64,000 nucleotides of DNA from positions 17,236,001-17,300,000 of the forward strand of contig CM120646.1 of assembly GCA_051362555.1 (NCBI GenBank), read 5' to 3'. The position numbers were made by a program, and so were the translations under genes. Position 1 is the first letter of the stretch. Each line of letters starts with the position of its first letter. Under the pieces are notes generated by a model, which was not told the origin of the DNA, made no database searches, and worked only from the letters and a program-made list of their open reading frames with translations. Shown in pieces: positions 15,422-29,100 of the stretch. The stretch is from Lingula anatina (taxonomy: Eukaryota; Animalia; Brachiopoda).

Positions 15422-16194
15422 TCTTATAAAGCGCATTCCATTATTATGCATTTTCATTCCACTTTACAGGTAGGCCTAGTATGTAAAATAAAACTGGTAC
15501 GACAATGGTTAGACTCCGAAAATTTCAGTATCCAACATCACATCTACATGCTGTACACGACTTCCATAATAAAGACCGCGCCATTGCACCCTGAGTCTCA
15601 CACACGAAATGGAATATTCCACTAATATAGATGAAGTTAAAAAAACTTAATAATTAATAAACCAGTGAACTAATTAATCGAATAATAAATAAATTTCTTT
15701 TTCAGGAGAAATCTGATGAAATCGAAACTTTAGATAAACTTGTCAGTTTCTATCAAGATGATAACCATCGAACATCCAGAACACATGTACAGATAACTGG
15801 ATGACATAGACTTACGGCACCAAAACGGGAGGCACATTTTTTGACCTCTCCATCTTTCCCCATAAGAGAAAAAGTTTTTTCCTGGACGTATGTTTAGGCA
15901 GTTAGGCAGTTAACTTTTTCTTCGCTTTTAAAAAGGCTTTTGTCTGATGCTGCCATTAGCTTTTAGTAAAGACGGGTGCCCCCCCCCCCCCCTCCCCCCA
16001 ATTCAACATTCTGGACATATGTACAGATAAGCTGACGATTTAAATTGAGCAGGGCGTTATCTATCAATCTGCTGATTCGACAACCACGCGCACGTATTAA
16101 CAGTCATATGATGAAGGGTTTAATTATCATATCTATTCTGTGTGATCATTTCATTTCATTTGGAAGTTTTAAACAGATCTGTACTAATGTCACA

Positions 16195-19100
16195 ATGAAG
16201 CGGTGCCGGTTACTACAATTCCTGCCTCTGGCGCTGTTTATATTGCCGTCCGGTGAGTATTTTCTCTTTTTTCCTGTGATTTATTATTGTTATACATGTA
16301 TCTGTTGTTAATTTTACCATGGACCTAATGAGGTCATTACGTCCATGATTTTACTCAGTGCTGATTTATTTACTTAGAATTAGACAAATCGTATTTACCT
16401 TTGAAAAATGCGGCTTTTGGGGCAGAGAAAATTGTTTCGATTTTGAGTATATGGAAATGTAACACCGGTGTGACAAAAAAAGTGACAGTCGCAATCTAAT
16501 GAAATTGAAAGCCGCCGACCGATTATACGCAGAGCGACAAATTCACATGATGTCTTATTTGTTTTTTTCCTTCAAACATATATCTTTCAAATAGATGTAC
16601 TATTTATGGCTATGAGGGCAATTTTAGCGAGAAACGGATTTCGCGGAGTTCTTATGCTTTTTAGAATGCTGACATAATTTATTACACTATACAAGCCCGT
16701 AGCCAGCAATTTCAAAAAGGGGTTCTTTTCTGAAAAAGTGGGCCTTTTACAATGAAACCTTTGTGCACTTAGATCAATTTTCACCCAGGATGGACCTTTT
16801 CCTGATAAAAAGGGGGGTTCTTTCGAACCCCCTGACCCCCCCCCCCCCCCCCCCGGCTACGGGCCTGCTATATCCAAGCATAATGTCAAGATCTTTTTTT
16901 TTTTATTTCAATCTTCCTAAATGAAAACCATAAACTTTTTCGCTCTTTTGACATCGCTTCTTGTGCCTCTCAAAGAAAACAAACAAACAAACTAATGTGG
17001 ATAATTTGCCCGTCAAAAATGTAGAACGATCAAAGTTTTCAATATATCTTTAGATCTATTAGAATAAAGCTAGAATAAAGTATCTTACAAATGTGCCTTT
17101 CGAAACTGTTGCCCTCTCTTTCTTAGCAGCGTTTTCTCAGCAGCGTTAGCGAATCAACTTAAAACAATTTGCTGTATTTCTTAAATTAATTTCGAGAATA
17201 TTTAAAACGAAAAGAAAAACAGGACGAATTTTTTATATCCACAAAAGAAAGGAATATATTATGTAATCGTTAAATGAGAACTTTACATTTACATTTCACT
17301 TTACATTTCAGATGTGAATTAGTTTTCCAGAATGGAATAGACATAAAATGTCCAATTATCAGCAATCATGAAATTATGTAACTTATCTTATTTATCAGTC
17401 GCCAGCAATATAGTTTTTATCTATCGACGTGACATGTGAATATATAAGTACTGGTATATAAGTCACCTGGCCTCATTGACCTACGTATACACAAGTCACC
17501 GAACTTTGCACATTTATCAAAAACATTGAGATTATAAGTTATAACAATTAAGAGCAAACACTATTAGATGAATGATAACAGAGTATAGTTACAGTAATTT
17601 TTGGTACACTGGACTCCTGAACTCTGAATGAAAAATATTGTGTAAAACTAAATAACGTGCTTTACTATCTTTAGGTTTATTTTGAATAGCATAAGCAATT
17701 ATTGAATAAGTGTAACTCGGTGCGTCTGATATCCAACTTTCTAATCTCACTTTACATCATGTCACAGGCTTGCGAGATAAAATTACGATAGGCGACACGC
17801 GGGTTTTTCCGTGAGCGACATGTCCGGTGTAACGAAACTGTAACTGAAAGTCCACCCTCCATTTAATTGTAATGGTTAGGGTGGTAAATGACTTGTGGTA
17901 AAATATGTTCTCCCTGAACCTTTTTAGATATATCCATGGTAATGGTTAGGGTGGTAAATGACTTGTGGTAAAATATGTTCTCCCTGAACCTTTTTAGATA
18001 TATCCATTTTTAAAAATTTTACCATCCGTATTGGTCATATCTAGTTATCAGTATTTACGTTACTTATAATAAACACCAACTCAAAAGTCAATCTTATCTG
18101 AAATATCCATGAACGTTCAGCCGCTCTCAACGCGTGATAACGATAACAAAACATGAAACTGAAAAGGCACGTGTCGGGGAAAACTTGCACCTTAGCCAGT
18201 AGTACAAACCCTTCAACATTGACATATAAAATGAACAGAAAGCTTCTGGCAAGATTCCAATACCCTGAAAAATGTCGCACTGGTACATCCCTTAAAACCC
18301 ACGCATTTGAGAAACTTCCATTGTTGCGTGATATATTTGTAATGTCGAGCCATCGCAACGAACAATGGATTACAAGGGAGTGGTCAAGGCTAGCCTTCAC
18401 ATGGAATTATATCACCAGATATCGAATTGCGTGTGGTCTAGTTTTACAATGAACCCAGTGTATTAATAACTTTTGATAGCGTCCCAAAAGAGGGTGGTAT
18501 TCACTGCGATACTCTGTACAAATGAATCTATTATTGTACTAGTTGAGAACAATAGAATAATACGAGTACATAAAACAATTGAATTCATGTTTAAAAATAA
18601 AATCAAACAAATAATAAAATTGACTTCTGGTGAACGTATAAGCCTAGGTGTAAAACAAAGACGGGCAACCACAAAATTTAGGACCTAAAGATATCATTTT
18701 CATCATCAAAATTTCTGGTCTTTCTTTCGCTTTCAATTTTCCTTTGTGCACACTTTATCTACTTGCTCAGCGATGTAACCCTGTCCTCAAAGATAGCAAG
18801 TATTGGATGAAATGCAAAAATAAAGAAATGCAATAAATAGTCCCTTAAACATTGAGATCTCATTTCATAAGTGCGTTTTATTCCATTTAAAGCATACATA
18901 ACTTCCATTTCAGTCCTTGGTCAGTTATGTCCAGAGGGTTGGCTGGAGAGTCCAGTCAGCGACTACTGCTTTCAATTCAACCCCAAAAGAATCAGTAAAA
19001 CGTGGCCCGAGGCGCGGAAGGCGTGTCAGGCGAGGCTGGGTGATCTGGCATGGTACGAGAATACAGAGGAGAGGGTACGTTGCTGTGTGTGTGTGTGCGT

Positions 19101-21322
19101 GTGTGTGTGCGTGTGTGTGTGTGTGTGTGTGACAGAGAGAAGAAGGGGGTGTGAGGGAGGGGATGTGTTGAGGGGGTGGGAAGGAGCTAAGAGGCATGAG
19201 TAGGTATAGAAACGTAGGAAGGAGGGGAAAGAAGGGAAGGGGAGAGAGTTTCACTTTTGAAATTTCTCCTAGAGTGAATAATCATTTTGTACAGTATATA
19301 CATGTATGTCCGTCAGTGTATATGATTGTAAGACGAAAGATGCATTTGGTATGAAGAATGTCATACCTTCGTTAAATAGTCATATTTAATGAAGGTATGA
19401 CATTCCTCATACAAAATGTATATTTCGTCATAATGACAGTCTCCCACGGTGAGAAAATTCAATGGCTTGCCATTCTTCAGTATTTTACCAAAATTTTAAT
19501 AAAATTAACGAATACTACCCTTGTATGCAGTTTTTACCATTGAATTTTAGAGCTTTATCGTGAAAACGGCAGGACGCATGTCCCAGGCGGACCCGGAGAC
19601 GGAGGCTTTCTGGGTTGGTCTTACCGATGAAGTCAAAGAAGGGGAATGGAAATGGGTGTCAGAGAAAGCTGGCACAGGTAGCAGTCTAATGTAAGTAAAA
19701 TCTAGGAGTTGTATACAACTCATTGGTAAAAGGAACACTGCGCAGGTGGCATTTACGAGAATCATCTCCTGTATCACAGTTGATATGTAGGCCTACTGGG
19801 TAGGCCTACAGGTCTTACAGGTGTAGGTCCTGGATTTTGATACACTTTCGTCACGATAAAAATTCTATAATGTTTACGAAGCTGATGGTTACCAGGCGGT
19901 CTCGATTGCACTTACGTACACCTTCAGTATCTTAACAACGTTTCATTTTTTACTGTGTAAATAAGTGATTGAGCTCGATAGCACAGGTAGACAGCAAAAA
20001 TAAATAAATAAATAAATAAAATGATTTAAAAAATTCGATGAAAATAAAATATGCATTTGTTCTCCCTTCTTTTAATAGAGACTGGGCTCACAACGAACCT
20101 AATGGAGCCAACAATGAGAACTGCGGCGAGGTTTTGGTGAAGAGCGATTCTTTCAACGTGGGGAAAATGAACGACAAGGATTGTTACACACCCTTCCCCT
20201 ACATATGTAAAAGACCCAAAGGTACGTATGTCTATCATTAATGATATAAATATATGCAACATGCAAGAAGTTCTACGAGTGCATTTTCCATGTATTCACT
20301 CGTTATATAGTCCGGTAGTCTAATTTAGAACCAAAACCCCGAAAGAGGCTCGTCTTTGTACCAAATTCTGTAGAGTACAACGGTGGATAGTAATTTCCAT
20401 TTTTAAGTGTTAAAACAGGTAAAATTTAAAAAAATATTTTTTGCAAATCGGAGCACAGAATATGGAAGGTTTATATTTCTTTTTTCGTTCATTTTGGATT
20501 GTTTTTATTTATCTGAGAGTTTGAAGGTAAGATATGGTTTATGAGTGAAGAATTTTTTCCTTGGGCACCTTAGGCTTTGCCTTTAACTTGGAAGTTATTA
20601 CGGATCCTTAATTCTTAGCGTCTTAAGCGATCGTTTTGAAAGTTTGATTCAGTATTTAGCTTAAAATGAAAACATATTTAACTGTCTATTCTAGTCATAA
20701 CAATATGACCAAGTAATGCATGTAATTCAAATGTCATATTTTGCTATTTTTTGTTGCCTCAGCTTTGGTTGCCTTACCACAGTGTGGAATCCAGCTTGTA
20801 ATAGGTCGATAACTGAGGCAAACATTTTCATTGCATCGTAGAAATATTAATGATAATTGTTTGTATTTTTTTTATTAATATGGAAATGAGCTACTTATTT
20901 GACTACACTGTATTGGTCATCTTTTAGCTGTGGTAGACAATTGCCCATCAAATTGGCAACAAGTACAAGACTCGTGCTACAGATTTTTTGATCTGGAGAA
21001 GGGATGGCATAGTGCTCAGTACGTATCCCATGTTCTTATCATTGTCAAATAACAAGTTTAACCAAAAATTTTTGAATTGGACTAAAATTGTTCCACACCT
21101 GGCTCATTGTAACTTATTTCTTGATTTTGTCAGTGATGTGATATTTTCCCCAAATATTGAAATAATTTTTGCTTTGATAAAAAAGGAACTTGATCATGGT
21201 TTTAATGTGGAATTAACATTTATGCCACTAGGATAATGTTCTTGGCTCATGCTTGCAGAGAGATCAAGGAAAGATATATGCTGATGAAATTAAAAGATCA
21301 GCGCAGTTTAAATGTTATGCAG

Positions 21323-21407
<85 letters not shown>

Positions 21408-21752
21408 TGCTATTGATTTGGGGAAATATTTGTGATTTAAGTCAAAGCAGTTTTTATACAAGTGCATCCTTTGCATTTGAATGAAATTAATAATGTGATA
21501 TAATGATTAATGACTGTCTTATTGAATATACAATGTAATTTGCAGCCATGATTGCAAACGGTATGGAGCAGAGTTAGTCACAGTGGACAATGAAGTGCAG
21601 CAGCAGTACATTTATGATGTGTCCCGATTTGAAGACAAACCAATCTGGATTGGATACGAGTCCTTCAATAACAATGTAATGTTTAGGTGCAGATAATGAC
21701 TAAGCACGCACACACTCTCTCTTTTTCTCTCTTTCTCTCCCTCTCTCTCTTG

Positions 21753-21791
<39 letters not shown>

Positions 21792-21872
21792 AACACACAG
21801 ACACACACTCTCTCACTCTCTCTCTCACTCTCTCTCTCACTCTCACTCTCTCTCTCACACTCACCCACTCAT

Positions 21873-21935
<63 letters not shown>

Positions 21936-24900
21936 TTTCAAAATTGCAAATAATGTTTACATGCTTGGTATTTACAGGGTGGCCTTGGATGGAAGAAAAA
22001 TGGTGTTGTTCTCCCCCCTCCATCTGGAAAGGAGCAAGAAACATCCTCAGAGTTTTGGTCAGATGGCAAGCGTCCTATCCAACTGCGGTAAGTCCAGTTT
22101 GTTTGATAATTTATGCATTGTTTTGTTGGGCATGCTGAAAAGAATATTATTCAGAAGTTTTGGTCCTTTTTTTCTGGATGTACAAAGTTATAAAAAAAGA
22201 TGTTGGATTCCCAACACAAGAATATATGCTGGCCACTGATAGATCACGTGATAGCTAGATCACCAGTATGTGTAAATGGTATGAACATAAATTCTGATCT
22301 GACTACATAGAACCTTAAAATGAATATAAAAGTGAAGTATATATACTGGGTAGTTCTGGGAGTAGTTTTCATAAAATCAAAACATTCTTATATTGGTTTG
22401 TACCAGTAACCATGCTGTTTGTGCGGAGGTGGTCCCTACATCCGAGGAGTCCAGGAAATCCTGGGTGATCAACAATTGTCAGGCCGAGAGACCATATATG
22501 TGTAAAAAACCTGAAGGTAAGAAATAGAAAAAATGATTCAGAATTATGAAAAAGGTGAATTGTGTGGGGAAATATGTACTGGCATGGTCCTGCACAAAAG
22601 TAATAATGCCAATGAACCCCCCACCCCCACCCCATTTTTACTTTAGGAAATGGGCACATAAAGTGATAAGGCTCCATACTTAAATATTCCACAGACCTTG
22701 TTTAGTGTATTTTGGAAATATTGTTATCACAGATTTGTCAGAATTTTTTTCTCCATTTTGTTTGATCCACACGACATGATTTCCATTTTATAGGCACATG
22801 TGCCACAGGCTGGCAGCCACACAATGGAACATGTTACCAGTTCAATGGGAACCTCAAACTGTCCTGGTATGATGCTGCCACTTATTGTCAGTCACAGGGA
22901 GGAGAGATGGTCACCATAGAGAGGTCAGATATGATGGTGTTCACTTAACCAGTTCAGTTCAAAACATAGGGAAGAATTTTTGAATACTTTGAGTATTTCT
23001 GTCACTGTTCCTTCTTGGTTATGAGCTTGGGGGTCATTTTGGGCCTAGTACCATTAAGCAGTTGCTATTTCATTAGCAAGCCAAAAAGTTGGTTTTCTGT
23101 CACTGGAATTGAGTCTTTATGCTAGAAAGATCTCCAAAGTATCCCAAATATTGAGCTAGGAGTACCAAACACACTGTAATTCTGATTCTGTTATCTTTCT
23201 ACCTTCCAGGAAAGATATACAACATTTTTTGATAAGAAAAATAGGTGGCTTAGAATTTGATAAAAATTTGAACATTTGGATAGGTGGCTCTGGTAAGTGT
23301 ACATGGTTTAAGTTCCCAAAATTTCAGAAACTCATTCAGATGATTAGGAGAAGCTAAAATGTTTCATATGTGCCAATTATTAATCTTTTTAAGTTCCAGT
23401 TAACAAGTAGATAGTACTTCTTTGAAATAACTTATTAAAACAGGTTTTAAGTTTAAAGACTTACTGTATTTCGATGCTACAGAAATTTGTCAAAATTTTA
23501 AAGATTTATGAATGAATATAAATTTGTTCTTGTATTTTGACAGATATTGACTACAAACCAAAAAAACTGCACTGGAGCAACAAGATGGTCATGAGTGGTG
23601 GCTACACCAATTGGTTGGCTGGTCAGCCTATGACCAGTGCTAATAACCCACTTTGTGTACAGATGACTGCAGGTAACTGTTTATTGGCTAGAGTTTACTG
23701 ATCAGAATAATACAATAATGGATGGATGGCTTGATAGATTAAGTGATTTATAAAAAGATTAAAGTATCAGGAAATTGTTATAGTGTTAGCCAATGTACTG
23801 CAAGCAATTCAGAGTCCTGCCAATCTGGAAAATGATGTAGAAACCCATAAGCTGTGAAAAAAAAAAACAGAAGAAAGGAAGTCATTATATCTTTGAATGT
23901 TTTTAAACGTACCACAACAAGTAGTATTTGCAGGATTTGAACTCTGTATTTATTTATTGACAAATAAAATGTTGTAAAAATGTCAGCTAATATACCTGTA
24001 TTAAAGACAATTTTTTTTTTTTTGTAATGTAACAGAATCTGAACCAGACCTGGACTTATACTTATGGGATGTTCTCTTCAATTGTGATTTTTGTTCAGCC
24101 TATAAGTATCTGGGTGTTTTGGTCAATGTGCGCCCAAAAATCACATTTTAAAACTTTGTCCCACAGAAAACAGTCTCAACCAACACAATGTTCTGTACAT
24201 CTAACACACTCTCTTCTCTTCCTATTGTTTTGACTTAGAAGATAATTTCTTCTTCCAGACCAGGGTAACTGGACAGCCAGTGAGCGCTGTACGGCTGAGC
24301 AGACTTTCATATGTCAGATTTCTGACAGAAAAGTGGTCCTCCCTCCCACTGTGGCACCAGGTAAGGCCCCCCCCCCCCCCCCCTTACTTTTAACATGTCC
24401 CTGATATTATTGATAAATTTTGTTTTGACAATTAATGATAAATTAAGTTCAGGAAAATAAATTACAGAAGAAATTTAAGAGTTTGAAATAAATGAGTAAT
24501 TACTATTATATTATATTATATCTTTAACTTTTCTAAACATGTCTTTGATATTATTGAAAAAATTAATTTAATTCAACATTTCATGTTGAATTAAGTTCAG
24601 AAAAAATAAACTACATACAAAAGAGAAGAGATTGAAATAAGTAATTACTATGTGCAATCATTAATGTAATAAACCATAATAAATAAGGTTTTTAAAGTAC
24701 TAATTCTCTTGGCTGCATGCACGAGTGCCCATATAAATATGAATGTGGTCTTTATTATGTCTATGTTAGCTAAGGGCAGCTGTGAGCCTGGCTGGGAGGG
24801 CTTTGCCTTCTCTTGTTACTACTTCAGTGGGGAGACTGCCAGTTGGCTGGACGCCCAGAAAGCCTGTCAGTACAAAAATGCTCACTTGGTGAAGGTGAAC

Positions 24901-26092
24901 AATGCCAGGGAAATGTCTTTCATTGACCGTAAGTTGATATGGGATCTAACTTAATTTTGTACATTGCATTATCTAATGAAATATCAACATGTTTCAGAAT
25001 TGGTTAAAAATTATGAGTGCTATGATGTGATGTAAACATAAGGCCCATTTTGTTGCTCACTGGGGTAAATAACTAAAGTTAAATAGTAAAAGGGCAAGTC
25101 AAAATATATATGTTTGATAATTTACCCTTTCACAAGGCTGCATTTTATTAAAAGGACATGAAAAAATTTTATATGATAGATAAATATATAAATGGTAAAA
25201 TAAAGTTTTGAAAAAACGCAACTTTTTTGAGAATAAAGTAAACATAAGAGATGCAGAACAGATTAATAAAATGAGGTAACGGTGATATTTATCAATGTTG
25301 ATATCATGTATTTTAGGCAAATTAACAGCAGACTCTTGGCTTGGACTTAATGACCGCCAGTCAGAGGCACACTGGGTGTGGCATGATAAGACACCAGTGA
25401 GTACACTTACCTGGGTCCAGCTTGATTTAAGAAGTCAAAATCTAAAATTGAAGACAGTAAATTTTGCGTTTTTCAATCTAGAAGAAATCAGTGACTGTCA
25501 AATTAAGTAAATTAAATATACAAGTAAGTCATTACCATATCCGTACAATGTGCTGTCTTTTGTTTTAAATATATTTTATGAATTGTTTAATCCTCTGTCC
25601 TAAAGGCAAAGTATACTAACTGGGGCCCAGGGAAACCAGACAATGCAGAGTATCGCCATGGTGAGCAGTGTGCTGCCGTGATGAGAGGACACCTCAAGGG
25701 GTTGTGGGACGACATGATCTGCTCTGATAAGTTGGCTTATGTTTGTCAAAAAGATATCGGTAGGTGCTTCAGTGTAAATATGTTCATAAATGACTGAACT
25801 CACTGTTGTCTAACGTGAAATGTTTTTTTTTTATTTGGCTACAAAATTGTAAAATATTAATTTTATAATTGTGATTTGCCTGAAATTATCCAACTATTTG
25901 GGTTGAAAAAGTATTATGCTGGAGATCGAACAGAGAATGAAAACTGATTGAATATGTGATAAAGCACCACCAGGTAATTTGTTCATTAAGATCCATGTCT
26001 ATTTGGAGGAATTTTGAGTTGCATTGCTCTAGTTACAGTCAATCCATGAACTGGCATATTTGGGTGATTTCATCGAATTCTTATTGTGACGA

Positions 26093-26147
<55 letters not shown>

Positions 26148-29100
26148 TACTTTTTCTAGGACCTAAGACCACTTCAGGGCCAATCACTATGGGACGTAAG
26201 TACATGCATTTAGTGTTTTACTTCTTTGTACAGAAACAAAAAAGAAAATGTGAGTTTGCACTGCAATGAACTTAACAAATTCTTCAGAAACAGATTGGCT
26301 TGTTTTCTAAGCAAGTTTTTTAAATGCCTTTACCAAATTTAAGACTTTAATACTTAAAAATTACCCCAAGACTTGTAGTGAAATGCAAATCAAAAGTGGA
26401 TAGATGAATGGATAAATTTAATTAATGATAGAATGACTTTTCTATTTGGTGATTTCTTTCAGCTTCATATGGTACAAAATGTGGCCCTTTCTGGGAGGAT
26501 GACACATTGAGTGACTACTGCTATCAGTTTAACACAGATACATTGTCATGGACAGAAGCACAGCTACAGTGTCAACATAATGGAGGAGAACTGACCAGTA
26601 TCACTGGACTTCACGAACAACAGTATATTGCAGGTATGATCTTCTTGGAGAACCAAAAAAAGGTCAAATTTGACCTCTGACCGATGCAATGTTGATTTGT
26701 GGCCATCGTGTTTTTAAACAAACAAAACAGACACAGTCATGCATCCACACACACTTGCACACACATACTAGGAACACATTAAGATCTAACAGTTTAGATG
26801 TTTTAAGTACTAAATACACATCCAGAAAGTATTTATTGTTTTACTTTTTGCTGTGAATTAGATTAGTAGCTGTTGTTCTCTCTTATTTTAATAAAAAAAT
26901 AATTTTCTCTCTGACATTAGGAAGAATACGTATGATCCCAGAGATGAGATATTTCTGGCTTGGAGGAAACGATCTACGATTTGAAAATGGATGGGTCTGG
27001 AATGATGATTCTCCCTTTGCTTTCATTAACTGGGGCGACGGTAAGGTTTAGGCATATCTACCAGTTAATTAAGGTACTAGTGCAGTGTTTTTTGAACCAA
27101 GATTTCCCATACAGGAATTCATTAACATCCGTTGTGCATCATCATCTTATAACGTGAATTAGTCGTACAGTTTTTTTCTTTTAGCAATAGTTGTAAAGTA
27201 TGGTATGTTGCACAAAAGCATTAATTTAACATATGAATTATATCTTTATTTAATCATGATTTAAATTTAGCGATATCACTCAAGATGTCTTACAAATCAT
27301 TTATTTATATCTAATAGCTAGTATACACTTATGGCAACTTCTGACTACTGCAAGATCCAAAGATGTTTTATTCCTAGATTTTACATATGTAATATCTTTT
27401 TTTATGATTAAGTGATTAATTAAAATGAAAAACAAAATTAATGGAGTTTAAGGACCCAACAGGTAAATCAAAATATAATTTAGGTACAGAATTCCTGTGA
27501 CTACAATAAGACTTTAAAATTAAATCAAATGTTATTGTATTTTATGTCATACTTTCACTTCAGGCCAACCCGAGTCTGGCTGGAATGCAGACTGCATGGA
27601 GATTGACGCATCTACGGGTGACTGGAAGGACAGGGACTGTAAAAGTAGAAGAGGATATATATGCAAGAAGAAAGGTAAATGTATTCTACTAGGACATGTA
27701 CAGGATGCATGGCAATAAGACCATGAGGGATATAGCTACTGGAAAAAGGTCATGGTAGACTACTAGTAGCTACAGTGGCAGTGCATAAAAGCTGAAAAAA
27801 CTTGCAAGTCATGGATATTTTTTCTCATATTTTTCTTAATTTCTGCTGAATTGTAGTTAGTTGCAAATATCATGAATTCTCCATGTTTTGTTTATTGATT
27901 TCCAATGCAAACGTCCAGAGTTTGACCCTTATCAATTAAACCCCACTTCAAGCACATTTTAACACATGAATCTTGAATGATGCTCATTATAAAATGGTGT
28001 ATTTTGCTTTCTAAATTTGTAAAAAAAAATTATAAACTTTGTTTCAGAAGTACTGTAGACTTATTCTAAGTTTTTTATGTTTGTTTGATATTCATCTTAC
28101 ATGAGTTTATGTGTTGCCTTAAAATAATCCTTTAAAAAATCTTTTAGGCTCTGGTCTATCCACAACAACTACCACATCAACTACCACAGAACAACCAGGT
28201 AGGTGCAACTGAACACTTATATAAAAGGATTAATATTGTATTAGTGCATGTACATGCAGATGTATTATGTGTATTCTGATGCAAGTTTATTGTCTGTGTC
28301 ACAATTCCAGTGTGGTAAGTATTTAAGTAGAGTGTGGAAGAACAAGGGATAATTGGATTTTTAAGCATTCAGTTAAGTCAGTTGCAGTATGCCTGCTGAA
28401 TAGCATTTAAAGTTTTTCAAGGAAAAAAAAAGACTACAAAATTTATACCTAATAATGTTTTTGTAAATTATTTTCTCAAGGATCTCCATATTGCCCCAAA
28501 GAGTGGAGCCTGTATGGCAAGAGTTGCTATAAAGTTTTCCAAGAGAAGAAGATGTGGAACTTGGCCAAAGATGTGTGCAGACGAGAGGGGGGTGACCTCG
28601 TTTCCATTGCTGGGGAGAATGAGGCCAACTTTGTGGCCGCATTGGCAGGAGAATGGAATGGTAAGGAGATTATCAAGACAAAATAAGTGAAAAATATGGA
28701 AAATATTTGAGGCAGAACTGGTTGACAGATGGAGGGGTTGGCTTACAAAAACGTATTCTTGATTTTGACTTGAAAAGATAAAATAAGTTGTTGTTTTTTT
28801 GTTTTTTTTTTCATGTACCTTGACATTTTTGAATACATTGTATTTGGTATTGTATTCTTTATTTTAATCAGATGACAAGTCAGAATTCTGGATTGGACTC
28901 AACGCACTTAGAGTTGTGAACCTGTTCGAGTGGTCTGATGACTCCAGTGTAACATACACAAGCTGGAGATCACACGAGCCTAACAACCACCAGGGGAAGG
29001 AGCGCTGCATTAGTCTCTATGCTGATGGGTACAATGTGAGTCAAACGTTTTTCAATAAAAAATTATCAGCTTGAAGTTAAATTTAATGTGCTAATGCCCT

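Noticed and set aside
15233-15625. 130-aa ORF with poly-Gly and poly-Asn
   Set aside because: Translation of a MITE, a G-run and an (AAT)n microsatellite.
21612-22044. Overlapping ORFs rich in CV/ER/HT repeats
   Set aside because: Microsatellite artefacts. The same applies at 3239-3442, 5705-6138 and 38257-38607.
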